Shown: positions 1 through 10,023 of the stretch, in pieces
How positions within the stretch are numbered: position 1 is the first letter of the stretch
Layout of the letters: each line of letters starts with the position of its first letter
Assembly (NCBI GenBank): GCA_045106895.1
Contig: JBGCFM010000171.1
Location: 1-44,943, forward strand
DNA length: 44,943 bases
Source of the DNA: Polyangiales bacterium
GTDB taxonomy: Bacteria; Myxococcota_A; Polyangia; Polyangiales; Houyiibacteriaceae
Direction: 5' to 3'
The notes under the pieces: model-generated
What the model was told of the DNA's origin: nothing
What the model saw: the letters and a program-made list of their open reading frames with translations, nothing else
Databases searched by the model: none
Position numbers and translations under genes: made by a program

Positions 1-1
1 T

Positions 2-892
2 GCTTACGAACAGGGGCAGCTCGCGCAGCTTCAGAATGACTATGCGCGCGCGGCTCGTTTCTTCGAGATCGCGCATCGCGCAGCGCCCGCCGCGGCGGCG
101 ATTCGTTCGGCGATTCGAAACCATCATGCCGCGGGCGCTCTCCCGCGAGCTGCGACGCTCTCCGTCGTAGCCGCAGCTAACTACGCCGACGACGCGGAGA
201 CCAGCGAGCTGACGGCGAGTGTGCTCGCCGAAGCAGCCGCCGCCCTCGGCCGACTCGATGTCACCTGCGCTGTGTCTTGCTCAGTCTCCGTGGATGGTCA
301 CCTCGTTTCGTTGGCGGACGGTCAAGAGTTTAGCGTGTACGTGCTGCCTGGTTCCCACGAGCTCAGCGCGCGTTTTTCCACCGGCGAACAGAGCGCGTCT
401 TTCGAGGTTGCCGCAGGCGCGGAGGTGACACAGACGCTGGAGGCCCCAGTAGCCGCCGTAGTGGAGCCGGATCCCCAGCCAGATCCTCAGCCGGACCCCG
501 AGCCTCCTTACTCCGTGGAACGACGGCCGCCGGAACCATCGGGAATGTCCCCTGCGGTGACGTACATCGGCGCCGGCGTAACCGTCGCCCTCGCAGGGGT
601 CTTCGTTTGGTCGCTCCTCGACACGAGCAGCGCGAGCGATGACTACAAAGCCAACCCCACTCGCGCAGGCTTTGACGATGGCCAAGGACGCGTTGTACGG
701 ACTGGCGTCCTCGGTGCCGCGGCAGGCGCCGCCGGCGTCGCTACGTTGATCATCGCCATCGCCGCTACCAACTGGGATGGTGACGCGGACGACGATGACC
801 GTGCTTCGATGCCATCGTTTCTACCGTCCGCGTGGGCTAGCGCAGATGGAGGCGGGCTGGCTGTGAGCGGGGCGCTGGGACGCGTGCAATGA
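2..892 (+). CDS. TPR/PEGA-like membrane protein, 5' truncated by window
   Basis: The frame of ORF 221..892 is open back to base 2 (AYEQGQ...YARAARFFEIAH, TPR-like). It continues into a PEGA-like beta segment (VSVDG...VYVLPGSHEL), a PDPQ linker and two C-terminal TM helices. ATGA overlap with the kinase. Confidence 0.7.
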   Translation, partial: AYEQGQLAQLQNDYARAARFFEIAHRAAPAAAAIRSAIRNHHAAGALPRAATLSVVAAANYADDAETSELTASVLAEAAAALGRLDVTCAVSCSVSVDGHLVSLADGQEFSVYVLPGSHELSARFSTGEQSASFEVAAGAEVTQTLEAPVAAVVEPDPQPDPQPDPEPPYSVERRPPEPSGMSPAVTYIGAGVTVALAGVFVWSLLDTSSASDDYKANPTRAGFDDGQGRVVRTGVLGAAAGAAGVATLIIAIAATNWDGDADDDDRASMPSFLPSAWASADGGGLAVSGALGRVQ

Positions 893-2595
893 CCGCCAGC
901 GCGGTGCCATCACGACGCCTCCTGGGGCGCTACGAGATCGTCGCCGAGATCGCCCGCGGCGGCATGGGCACTGTGTTCTTGGCGCGCCTTGAAGGCGTCG
1001 GTGGTTTTCAGCGTCTGGTGGCCATCAAGCTGATGCATCCCCACCTCGCGAGCGAGATGCAGTTCACGCATATGCTCCTCGACGAGGCGCGGCTGGCAGC
1101 GCAACTCCACCATCCCAACGCCGTCAGCGTTGTCGATGTCGCCCAATCGGACATCGGCCTCTACATCGTGATGGACTACGTCGATGGCTTCGCCCTCGAC
1201 AAGGTGCTCGGCGCGTTACGCGATGACCCGGAGAAACGCATTCGCATCGGCCTCCGCATCTGGCTCGACGCTGTGCGTGGACTGAGCGCCGCGCACCGCC
1301 TTCGTGACGAAGACGGGGAGCCACTCGGCATCGTCCACCGCGACGTGTCGCCGCAGAATATTCTCGTCGGCGTCGACGGCGCCGGGCGCATCACGGACTT
1401 CGGTGTCGCCCGAGCTGCTGCACGGATCACTTCGTCCCATCCGGGAATGATCAAAGGCAAGCCCTGCTATATGGCGCCGGAGCAAGCCAAGGCGGGGGAG
1501 GTCGACGCGCGCGCGGACACCTTCGCTCTTGGAATTGTGCTTTGGGAAATCTTGGCCGGGCGCATGCTCTTCGACATCGAAGGCGGCGCGGCGGCGACGC
1601 TTCTTCGCGTCATCAACGATCCGATTCCGTTGCCATCCACCGTCGCGCCGGAAGCGGCACCCCTCGATGAGGTCTGCGCCAAAGGTCTCGAACGCCCGTT
1701 GGACGCTCGCTACCAGACGGGCCGGGAGCAGTACGAAGCGGTTGAATCCGCTGCGCGTGCCGCCGGTCTTTTGGCGAGTGAGGAAGAAGTCGCGGACTTC
1801 ATGCAGGAAGCCTTCGCCACCGAGCTGGTCAACCGTAAGGCCGCCATCAAGGAACATCTGTCGGCGATTCGTGGAGCGAGCCCAAGCACCATGCAGCAAA
1901 GCGATGTCTTTGCGGTCCCGGCTCTGAACGAGTCCGTGCAGCGCAGCGAAGCGCACACGTCCGCAGAGAGACCCACGCAGAAGAGCGGCGGTGACAGCGG
2001 TCCTTGGCACGAGTCCTCGGACTCTCGTCCAGTGGCTTCGTCGGGCATTACGTCCGCTGCTCTTGCAGCCACGCAGCTGAGCCAATCGACGCCGGCGCCG
2101 AAGCCGCCGCGTTGGAAGACACTCGCTCTCGTTTTGGCACTTGGCGGCGTGCTGATGGCCGGAGCCGCCGCTTGGGTTCTTTCGAACTCAAGCGATGCCG
2201 AGTCTGAGGCGGTTGCGCAGGAGGCTGCGGAGCAGGCGCGCACGGAGCAAGAAGCGGAAGATGCCGTCGAGCTTGAGCACGCTCAAGCGCTCGCAGCCGC
2301 CGCAGAGCGAGAGGCGGCTGCCCGCGCGGCAGCCGCGGCATCCGCCGATGAGGCCCGTGCGGCGAGGGAAGCCGCTGAGTCCGCCACCCTCGAGGCGACG
2401 AACGCCGTCGAAGCCGCTGAGGCCGAAGCTCAGGCGGAAGAAGCGGCGAGAGCTGCACGTGCACGACGGCGCGCCTCCATGGATTCCAGCGCAATGAGCG
2501 CAGACATGGACACGACGGCGATGGACAACGCAGGTGAGACCATGCAGACCACCACGATGCAACCTGGCTTCGAGAACAACCCCTACCTCCGATGA
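889..2595 (+). CDS. Hanks-type Ser/Thr protein kinase with TM helix and Ala/Glu-rich C-terminal region
   Basis: Motifs ARGGMGTV, VAIK, HRDVSPQN, DFG, GKPCYMAPE. TM segment LALVLALGGVLMAGAAAWVL. C-terminal NNPY tail. Confidence 0.95.
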   Translation: MTASAVPSRRLLGRYEIVAEIARGGMGTVFLARLEGVGGFQRLVAIKLMHPHLASEMQFTHMLLDEARLAAQLHHPNAVSVVDVAQSDIGLYIVMDYVDGFALDKVLGALRDDPEKRIRIGLRIWLDAVRGLSAAHRLRDEDGEPLGIVHRDVSPQNILVGVDGAGRITDFGVARAAARITSSHPGMIKGKPCYMAPEQAKAGEVDARADTFALGIVLWEILAGRMLFDIEGGAAATLLRVINDPIPLPSTVAPEAAPLDEVCAKGLERPLDARYQTGREQYEAVESAARAAGLLASEEEVADFMQEAFATELVNRKAAIKEHLSAIRGASPSTMQQSDVFAVPALNESVQRSEAHTSAERPTQKSGGDSGPWHESSDSRPVASSGITSAALAATQLSQSTPAPKPPRWKTLALVLALGGVLMAGAAAWVLSNSSDAESEAVAQEAAEQARTEQEAEDAVELEHAQALAAAAEREAAARAAAAASADEARAAREAAESATLEATNAVEAAEAEAQAEEAARAARARRRASMDSSAMSADMDTTAMDNAGETMQTTTMQPGFENNPYLR

Positions 2596-3563
2596 TGCGT
2601 ACAACCTGCTTTCTTATTCTTGTGGCCCTCGCTGGCTGTAACTACTTCCCTGAGGAGCTCCTCGATGAGACGGGGAACCTGGAGCTTGCCGACACATGTC
2701 TTGGAAACGTTCCTATTCTCACTGAAGGTGTCTCCGACGTCACCATCGACTTGAGTGCGAACACCGACACCATCAGCGATATCGGTTTTTGCACGGGGGC
2801 TGACGCGCCTGGCAACGACGGTTTCTTTGGTGTGGAGATGGAGGCCGGCGAGAAGTGGCACTTTCATCTGCGGACCAATACGGGAGCAGCACTCAACCCC
2901 GCAATTTATGTTCTTGATTCCACCTGCGATTCACGCCGCTGCATGACCGGCGACGCGATCGATATCTGTGGGGAAGGACGTGACGAACACCTCTCTTTCG
3001 TAGCCCCGCGGACAGGGACTTTCTTTGTCGGAGTCGACAGTCGCCTTCCTGGTGGCGCCTCCTACCAGCTTGTCGCTGTGCGACCGGTCTGTGGCAATGG
3101 GGAAATCGAACACAGCGAAACCTGCGATGATAGCAACACTGTCGATGGTGATGGCTGCGACAGCTCATGCCGCGCGGAACTCTCGAGCGGCATGTCCGAA
3201 GTTGAACCCAACGACGATCCGACGGGTGCCAATCGGCTCCTCTCCCTCAGCAGTACTGCGACAGGTGTGCTCGGTGGTCGTTGCGACCGCGATATGTTCG
3301 TGCTTGAGGTCGAGACGGCCGGGGACGTTCAGGTCGCCCTCTCCGGCGCGGGTGGCGAAGCCTGTGTCGATGGCGACCCGACCTTTGAACTCGACCTTCT
3401 TGGTGCAGATGGACGCACGGTCGTAGGCCGCGGCGCAAACGCCGACGGCGAGTTCTGTCCAACGGTGAACGCGACGGGCCTTGCTGCTGGGACCTACTAC
3501 TTGGGTGTCACCACCGGCGAGAGCGAACGCCCCTTCACGTACACGCTTTCTCTCACGCAGTAA
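2592..3563 (+). CDS. Lipoprotein with Myxococcus Cys-rich repeat (DUF4215-like) and PPC-like domains
   Basis: Lipobox LAGC; CGNGEIEHSETCDDSNTVDGDGCDSSC; EVEPND followed by AGTYYLGV. ATGA overlap with the kinase. Confidence 0.85.
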   Translation: MMRTTCFLILVALAGCNYFPEELLDETGNLELADTCLGNVPILTEGVSDVTIDLSANTDTISDIGFCTGADAPGNDGFFGVEMEAGEKWHFHLRTNTGAALNPAIYVLDSTCDSRRCMTGDAIDICGEGRDEHLSFVAPRTGTFFVGVDSRLPGGASYQLVAVRPVCGNGEIEHSETCDDSNTVDGDGCDSSCRAELSSGMSEVEPNDDPTGANRLLSLSSTATGVLGGRCDRDMFVLEVETAGDVQVALSGAGGEACVDGDPTFELDLLGADGRTVVGRGANADGEFCPTVNATGLAAGTYYLGVTTGESERPFTYTLSLTQ

Positions 3564-3566
3564 CGT

Positions 3567-4001
3567 TCACTTCGCGAGCTGCACCGGAGCCACGACGAAC
3601 GCGCCGTGGCTCGTCGCCTCGTCAAAGTACGCGACGTAAGCCACACGCATCGACCCGTCGCTCAGCTCCTCTACTTCAGCGACAACACGCGCCGCTTCTT
3701 GTGAGTCGCTCCAGCCGCCGGCGTGGGGCCGCCACTGCTGAGTGACCTCAATGTCGGCGCCGTCGAGGGCACCTGGCCGGAGTTCGCCCCGGACGCGGAC
3801 GCCGCTGGCGCTCATGCCATCACCGCGCGCTGCGCGAAAAGCGAAGTAGAGGTCTGTGTTGTCTTGGGATGACTCGACGATGGACACGCTGGAGTATCCC
3901 TCAAGGTGCGCCCCGGAGACGACGAAGGCGTCACGCTTGGTGGCGTTGAGGTACGTGACGAAGAAGATGAGGGCGAATGCAGAGAGGAGCGGCAACTTCA
4001 T
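3567..4001 (-). CDS. Hypothetical protein with N-terminal signal/TM segment
   Basis: 144 aa ORF filling the gap between flanking genes; hydrophobic N-terminus. Confidence 0.55.
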   Translation of the reverse strand: MKLPLLSAFALIFFVTYLNATKRDAFVVSGAHLEGYSSVSIVESSQDNTDLYFAFRAARGDGMSASGVRVRGELRPGALDGADIEVTQQWRPHAGGWSDSQEAARVVAEVEELSDGSMRVAYVAYFDEATSHGAFVVAPVQLAK

Positions 4002-4166
4002 GGCGCCTAGACAGTGCAGCTTTCGAGCCAGGGCAGAAGCTAGGGGTTTTCCATCGAGGAAACGCGCCGTGTAGCAAACGATTCACGCGCGGTGTCGCGA
4101 GTCCTACCTCAGCCTTTGAGAGCGCTGAGGCTTCAGTCGTACAAAGAAGAACCGTACTGGGTTGAG

Positions 4167-5819
4167 GTGCGATTTCTCCTGGTCTTGGTGCTCGCTTGTT
4201 CCGGCGCGCCTTCTGCTGATGATGTGGGCGATGCGAGCGTGGATGTGCTCTCGCTCGGACTCTCGGCGCCCGGCGCCGATCCATCGGTCTCCACGGTTGT
4301 CGAGGGGCCTGCCCTCGCGGCGACCTCGCCGGCGCGTTTGACTCAAGGGCTCGCGGCGGAACAGCTCGCCGCTCACCTCGCGAGCAACAGGGCGTGGATG
4401 TGGTCAGCGACGCTGGTACCCGACGTGCCCGAGGGGCCCATTGAGCTCGCGCTTCCTCCTCAGTACGGCCTCGCCCCGAGCACTCGCTTGGCTCGCGTCG
4501 CGTTGTTCCAGAGCGTCGCTGTGGACGTCGCCCGCGATGGCGCGGCGCTCTCCGCGAGCGCTCCCATCATCGCCGATCGGGCGCTCCGCGTTCGTGCGTA
4601 CGTTGAAGACGGCGCTGGCTCGTTGGTGCTTGGGCGGCTTCGCTGGGAGAGCGCTGGCACAACGACACTCTTTGTTGGGAGCATGCATGTCGAGGGGCCG
4701 AGCAGCGATGAAGACCCCGAGAGTCTCTTCGAGTTTGTGGTGCCGAAAGAGCTTGTCTCCGCCGACGCGACCTTCGCCGTGGACATCCTCGAAGACGAGG
4801 GTGAGAGCTTCGCAAATCCTAGCCAGGCACGTTTTCCTATGGACGGGGAGCTTCATCGCCTCGCCGCAGAGCCGCGGATGCACATCGATGTGCGCCTTGT
4901 CCCGATGCGCTACGGCTTCGATGGCTCGATGCGAATACCGGCGGTGGGGGCGGAAGAGCTCAGTGCACTCCGCGAACACATCGAAGCCGTGTTTCCGGTT
5001 TCTCAGGCAAGCGTGACGGTGCTGCCGGCGCGCGACTACGACGCGCAGATCGGGCCGGATGATTTCGATGAGCACGTCGACGCGCTCCATCAGGTCATCG
5101 CCTGGAGAACCAGCGATGCGCCGCCGAGCGCTGTCTACTATGTGGGCGTCGTCGCGCCGGCGGAGACGTTTGGCGAGTACTGCGCGGAGGGGTGCTACGC
5201 GGGAGTGGCGCCCGTCAACGAGCTGAACAGTCCGTTTCAACGCGCTTCCGTCGTGGTCTGGTATGGCGCGTCACGGAGCGGCTGGACGGCCCTTCATGAA
5301 CTCGGCCATACGCAAGGGAGAGCGCACTCGCCATGCGGTTGGGTGAGTGGGGCAGACCCAGACTATCCGCACCCCCGTGGTGTGATCGGCGTGTGGGGCT
5401 TCGATTCGCGCGTCGGGGCGTTCCTGCCCCCGACGAGACACGACTTCATGAGCTACTGCGGGGATGAGTGGGTCAGCGATTACACGTACGCCGCGATGGC
5501 GGAGCGCACTCGCGACCTGCGTAGTCTGCCCTCCATCGCTTCGGCGGAGGTTCGACGACGGGACCCATCCCGACGGATGATCACTACGGGGCATCGTGTT
5601 CGCTGGTCGAATATCGCTCTGCCCACCGGGGTCGTCGGCGAGGCGACGAAGCTCCTCGCCATCGACTCGCGCGGTCGGCATCGAATGGTGCCAGCGGAAC
5701 GCATCGAGTACTCCATCGATGGAACGAACAGCTACGTCGTGCGCGTCGACGCTGACATTCGTGCGTTCATCGTCGATGGCACGCGACTCACCGTTCCTTC
5801 CACGCAACCGCGCTTCTAG
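4167..5819 (+). CDS. Secreted zinc metallopeptidase lipoprotein (metzincin, M66-like)
   Basis: HELGHTQGRAH (HExxHxxGxxH), then DPDYP, WGFD and the Met-turn DFMSYC. GTG 4167 gives a signal peptide with lipobox VLAC (the ORF track starts at 4092). Confidence 0.85.
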   Translation: MRFLLVLVLACSGAPSADDVGDASVDVLSLGLSAPGADPSVSTVVEGPALAATSPARLTQGLAAEQLAAHLASNRAWMWSATLVPDVPEGPIELALPPQYGLAPSTRLARVALFQSVAVDVARDGAALSASAPIIADRALRVRAYVEDGAGSLVLGRLRWESAGTTTLFVGSMHVEGPSSDEDPESLFEFVVPKELVSADATFAVDILEDEGESFANPSQARFPMDGELHRLAAEPRMHIDVRLVPMRYGFDGSMRIPAVGAEELSALREHIEAVFPVSQASVTVLPARDYDAQIGPDDFDEHVDALHQVIAWRTSDAPPSAVYYVGVVAPAETFGEYCAEGCYAGVAPVNELNSPFQRASVVVWYGASRSGWTALHELGHTQGRAHSPCGWVSGADPDYPHPRGVIGVWGFDSRVGAFLPPTRHDFMSYCGDEWVSDYTYAAMAERTRDLRSLPSIASAEVRRRDPSRRMITTGHRVRWSNIALPTGVVGEATKLLAIDSRGRHRMVPAERIEYSIDGTNSYVVRVDADIRAFIVDGTRLTVPSTQPRF

Positions 5820-5921
5820 AGGGGATGAGCGAAAGCGGCGTGCGCCGGCCGCAATGTGCGCAGTTATGAGATGCGCTCTACTCCCGCGACCGTAGCGCTC
5901 GCTCCTGAGTTACACTCAGGT

Positions 5922-7049
5922 ATGCGAACCCGAAGCGCCGCCTGCATCCTCTTGTGTTTGACGGCGGCCTGCACGGGTCGGCTCGTCGACAATAACCCCA
6001 TCGTTCCTCTCGAGCGCGACGCTAGCGCCGACGCCCTGAGCGACGCGGGAGTCGACGCTTTGCCTGATATCACCCTCGTCGATGCGAGGGACGTTGGGGG
6101 CGAGAGCGACGCGGGGCCAGACACATCCGCTCCTCAAGCCGAGTGCGCCACCATCGACGCCTTCGTGAGCGGAGCTGTGACATGCCGCGACGAAAGCGCG
6201 CGATGCTCGGTGACGCTTCCGTCCACCTCGACCTGCGATGAAACCTGCGCCGCGATGAGCATGGACTGTTTGCGTGTGTACCAAGAGACATCGGCGTGCC
6301 TACCCGCACTGGAACAGGGGGCTCTTGGCTGCGACGAAGCGCCCACGGACACGGGTTTCTGCCAGTGTGGTGATGCCGGCGCCAAATACGAGCCCTGGGT
6401 TGTGGTCACCATCGGCGACTCCACGATGTCCAACCGTGGCACCCCCGGCGAGTCCGGCTGGGGTGACGAGTTCCCGGCGTTCGGGGTACGCGCCGAGGAC
6501 GTCATCAACGAAGGTTCGAGCGGAGCGAGCAGCCTCGACTTCGAGACGCGATCCAACTGGCCGCGCGCAGAGGCGCTTCTGGGCCCAAACGTGTTTCTTC
6601 TGATCCAGTTCGGCCACAACGATGGCTCCGACGACCCCAACCGACACACCGAGCCGGGGACGGAGCCAGGATTCGAAGGCACCTACCAAGACCGGCTGGC
6701 GTTCTATGTGAGCGCCGCCCGCGCCGCCGGGGCGACACCCATCATTGCCACATCGATGGGCCAGATGGTGTTCGATGCAGAGGGCGTCGCCCGAGACACG
6801 GGGGTGACACGCTACGCGAACTCCGCGACCGTCTACGCCGAGCGAGAAGGGCTCATGCTCATCGACGGCCATCGGGTGAGTCGCGCGGAGTTCACGCGTC
6901 TCGGCCCGGAAGAGACCATTGCTCAGTACTCTTTGGATGAAGTGACCCATTTCACGCCGGCCGGGGCGCTACGTCTGGCGGAGCTGATGGCGCGAGCTGG
7001 CTGCATCGAGAGCGAACTCTACTGCGCTCAGTTCGAGCTCGACGACTAG
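5922..7049 (+). CDS. SGNH/GDSL esterase (rhamnogalacturonan acetylesterase-like) lipoprotein with Cys-rich N-terminal domain
   Basis: Block I IGDST, GWG, SGASS, block III IQFGHND, block V THFT. Lipobox TAAC when started at ATG 5922. Confidence 0.85.
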   Translation: MRTRSAACILLCLTAACTGRLVDNNPIVPLERDASADALSDAGVDALPDITLVDARDVGGESDAGPDTSAPQAECATIDAFVSGAVTCRDESARCSVTLPSTSTCDETCAAMSMDCLRVYQETSACLPALEQGALGCDEAPTDTGFCQCGDAGAKYEPWVVVTIGDSTMSNRGTPGESGWGDEFPAFGVRAEDVINEGSSGASSLDFETRSNWPRAEALLGPNVFLLIQFGHNDGSDDPNRHTEPGTEPGFEGTYQDRLAFYVSAARAAGATPIIATSMGQMVFDAEGVARDTGVTRYANSATVYAEREGLMLIDGHRVSRAEFTRLGPEETIAQYSLDEVTHFTPAGALRLAELMARAGCIESELYCAQFELDD

Positions 7050-7141
7050 AGATCTCATCGCTACGGACGGCTTGGTTTCTATGAGCGTGTGCACTACGCG
7101 CTCGCCACATTTTCGCCACATATGCCCGCTAAGGTACGCGC

Positions 7142-7741
7142 ATGCGCTACCTCATCCTCCTCGTTACGTTGCTTTTGACGGGGGTTGCGCATGCGCAAAG
7201 CGAAGAGGACGTTCGGCCCGGCGACGTCGTCTTTCATCGGTCTCGCTCCGCCCAGAGCCGCGTCATTCAGGAGGTCACAGGCTCACCTTGGACTCACGTT
7301 GGCGTCGTCTTCGAGCGCGAAGGAGCGCTCTGGGTCCTGGAGGCGGTACAGCCCGTGAAGTGGACGCGTCTTGGGGAGTGGGTTCGTCGAGGTCGCGGTT
7401 CAGAGCTTGCGATTCGGCGGCCTCGAGCAGCTCTCTCCGGCGACGCCCTCGACACGCTCCGCCAGAGCGGAGAGCGTTTCCTTGGACGCCCCTACGATGC
7501 GCGTTTCGAGTGGGACGAGCGACGTATCTACTGCTCTGAGCTGGTGTGGTTGATGTTCGAGGATGCGCTGGGGCTTCGCCTGAGCGAGCCGCAACGATGG
7601 CAGGACCTTACGCTCTCTCGTGCAGCGCGTAGGCTCGCGCGACGGCGCCTTGGTCGCCTGCCGACCCCGGGGTCGCTCATTGTGACTCCCGTTGCGCTCC
7701 TCGACTCGGCGTCGCTCTTCGATCCTCGTGCCCCTGAATAG
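7142..7741 (+). CDS. YiiX/YebB-like permuted papain-like (NlpC/P60) amidase, secreted
   Basis: PGDVVF, WTHVGV, VLEAV, GRPYD, IYCSELV (His before Cys, the permuted order); signal peptide. Confidence 0.9.
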   Translation: MRYLILLVTLLLTGVAHAQSEEDVRPGDVVFHRSRSAQSRVIQEVTGSPWTHVGVVFEREGALWVLEAVQPVKWTRLGEWVRRGRGSELAIRRPRAALSGDALDTLRQSGERFLGRPYDARFEWDERRIYCSELVWLMFEDALGLRLSEPQRWQDLTLSRAARRLARRRLGRLPTPGSLIVTPVALLDSASLFDPRAPE

Positions 7742-7744
7742 CGC

Positions 7745-9973
7745 TTAGGTTTCTGCGGCGAGCGTCGAGTAGTCTTCGCTGAGCCAAAACGAGAGAAGCG
7801 CGCAGATACGAAGAGTCAGCTCCGCGTACACGAGCTGTCCTTCCGTGGAGCGCATCGTCGCCATCGCGTAGAGGCCGTCTTTTCGGTATACCTTGAGAGC
7901 ATCCCCACCATCGAGGGCAAGCATGGCCTTGATCGCCGGGGCGGGGTGACCACAGACGAGCAGACCTGCGCGGTCCGCTCCGAGTTGCATGAGACGGTGC
8001 GCCGTGATGAGTTGGTCGGCGCGAGCGTTTGAGTCCGTCGCGTCGTCGATCTGTTCGGCATCTTCGGTCTCGGCGTCATCTTTGCCGAACTTGAGAAGCT
8101 TGCGCGCACGCCGTCCGAGCTTCTGCGCGCTACCATCCTTAAACGCGTTCGCGAGCTTCGAGATGCCATCGCCAATCTTGTAGCGGCCAAGCAGGGGCAC
8201 CGCGCTCAACAGGACATCAAAGCCGCTGACTCCGAGGTCGAAGGCCCCTTTCCAGAGCGCGCTCGAGGTGACGCGTGAGTGCCCAAAGCGCAGGTGCGCG
8301 AGCTCGGACCCGAAGGCGAAGGAGAGCTCCACGGGAGACAGAAAGCGGGGCTTGGTTTCGTCTACATGGTGCCCCCCGAGGACCACGAACATGGACTCGT
8401 CGTCCTCGTGCCCAAAGCAGCCGACGGCGTCGTCGCCCCCGGACACATAGATGTCTGCTTTGACGCCGAGGCGTTTCGCGGCTCGCTGGAAAACCGCACG
8501 TCGCGTCTCGTCGCGGAGCCGGGGGCAGTATGCGCGGAGCGCCGAGTGATCCGGTCGCTCGATGGAAGCGACGAGCGTCGAAAGACCCCCGAGAAACTCG
8601 TCTGTTCGTCCGATGGGGTGGCGTAGGAGAGCGAGCTCTTCGTCTGCGAGCGGCGCGTCGTAGTCCGGCGCGCTCAAGCCAGGAGCGTCGAGACCTCCGC
8701 TAAGGATACTGCCCACAACGCTCGCGCGGTCGGCCAGCGGGAGCGGCGCGACCTCGATGAGATCGGCGACGCGCTTGAGCTGAAGGGGTTCGAGTCGCGC
8801 CAGCGCAAGAGTAGCGTCAAAGTTCTGAGGGCCCGTGAGGAGCGAGCGTTTCGCTTCGAGGATCCTTACCCGTGCACGAACTTGTGGGTTGGGTTCGTCG
8901 ACGTCTCCATGCGGCACGAGGTCCATTGCGTCCCCGTCGGCGAGCGATGCGAGGGCGTCTTCGAGGACCTTCGCCGCGTCCTCTTCGCGCCCGGCGGCGC
9001 GGAGGTGCTCCGCCCATCCAATTTGCGTAGCGGCGCTCTCCGCGAGGGTCTGCTTCCCGGCGGCGGCGACGTGAGTCTCATGCAGCGCGACGGCGATTGG
9101 GCTCGCCGCGGAGTGTCCCCGTAGAGCGCTCACGAGCTGGGTCTGCGCGTCTTGCGAGAGTTGCCATCGCGTAGACCACGCGACTCCGGAGTCGCCGACG
9201 TCCGTGGAGAACTGCGCCCAAACGAAGGCGTCTGGAGTGTCGAGCTTCGCGCGCAGCCAGAGCGCGACTCGTGAACGCGCGTCTTGCAACTTGGCAGCGA
9301 TGTATTCCGCGCGCTCCAGCTCGCCTGCGTCGAGTGCTCCGTCGAGGGCCAGGCGCAGACGCGTGCGTTCTTCGACGGCGCTCCACGGCGCGACTTCATG
9401 GAAGCGTTTTTCGTTCGTGCGGGACGTGAGCCACTCGTGCTCGCCGGAGGTGACGCGGTCGCGGCCGCGCTCGGACTCTACCCGGATGGGCGCTGAGAGA
9501 GCCTGCACCCACACATCGCCAAGGGGATTGATGGCGACGAGCGCCGAGCGACGGTCCGTCAGCACGAACACCGCGCGGCGTGTTTGCTCGTCCGTCATGC
9601 TGGACTCAACGCTGACTTCCTTCGACGTCGCGAGGGCCGCAAGGAGGAGCTCCTCATCGCGGTCTTCGTGTGCGAGCCACGTCGCGAGCCAGGCGGCGAG
9701 GGTTTCGTCCATCGCGTCGATGCACGCGCCGCCCGGGACAATAGCAGGAGGCCTCAGACGCCAGCGTAGAATCAATCGCTGGAGGTGAGCGCCTTTGCCG
9801 GAGGGAACGGTGAAGGACGTGCCGTTCACACTCACCTCGTCGTTCACTCGCCCGAACCGGTACTTCAGGCTCTCGACGCGTTGCTGGCCAAGCCAGAGCG
9901 CGCCATTGCGGAGCTCGATGGCATCGGTGGTGCCCTTGAGCGCCACAGCTTCAAGAGTGGAGCTGAGACTCAT
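7745..9973 (-). CDS. Hypothetical protein with PH-like N-terminus, TPR-like middle and degenerate M48-type peptidase domain
   Basis: VFVLTDRR, helical repeats, ELSFAFGSELAHLRFGH and ADRAGLLVCG. Start moved to ATG 9973 because the longer ORF overlaps the sirtuin. Confidence 0.7.
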   Translation of the reverse strand: MSLSSTLEAVALKGTTDAIELRNGALWLGQQRVESLKYRFGRVNDEVSVNGTSFTVPSGKGAHLQRLILRWRLRPPAIVPGGACIDAMDETLAAWLATWLAHEDRDEELLLAALATSKEVSVESSMTDEQTRRAVFVLTDRRSALVAINPLGDVWVQALSAPIRVESERGRDRVTSGEHEWLTSRTNEKRFHEVAPWSAVEERTRLRLALDGALDAGELERAEYIAAKLQDARSRVALWLRAKLDTPDAFVWAQFSTDVGDSGVAWSTRWQLSQDAQTQLVSALRGHSAASPIAVALHETHVAAAGKQTLAESAATQIGWAEHLRAAGREEDAAKVLEDALASLADGDAMDLVPHGDVDEPNPQVRARVRILEAKRSLLTGPQNFDATLALARLEPLQLKRVADLIEVAPLPLADRASVVGSILSGGLDAPGLSAPDYDAPLADEELALLRHPIGRTDEFLGGLSTLVASIERPDHSALRAYCPRLRDETRRAVFQRAAKRLGVKADIYVSGGDDAVGCFGHEDDESMFVVLGGHHVDETKPRFLSPVELSFAFGSELAHLRFGHSRVTSSALWKGAFDLGVSGFDVLLSAVPLLGRYKIGDGISKLANAFKDGSAQKLGRRARKLLKFGKDDAETEDAEQIDDATDSNARADQLITAHRLMQLGADRAGLLVCGHPAPAIKAMLALDGGDALKVYRKDGLYAMATMRSTEGQLVYAELTLRICALLSFWLSEDYSTLAAET

Positions 9974-10023
9974 GCGCAAAGCATGACCTTCGGCCACGTC
10001 CACGCAAGTTGTCGACGCCTGGC

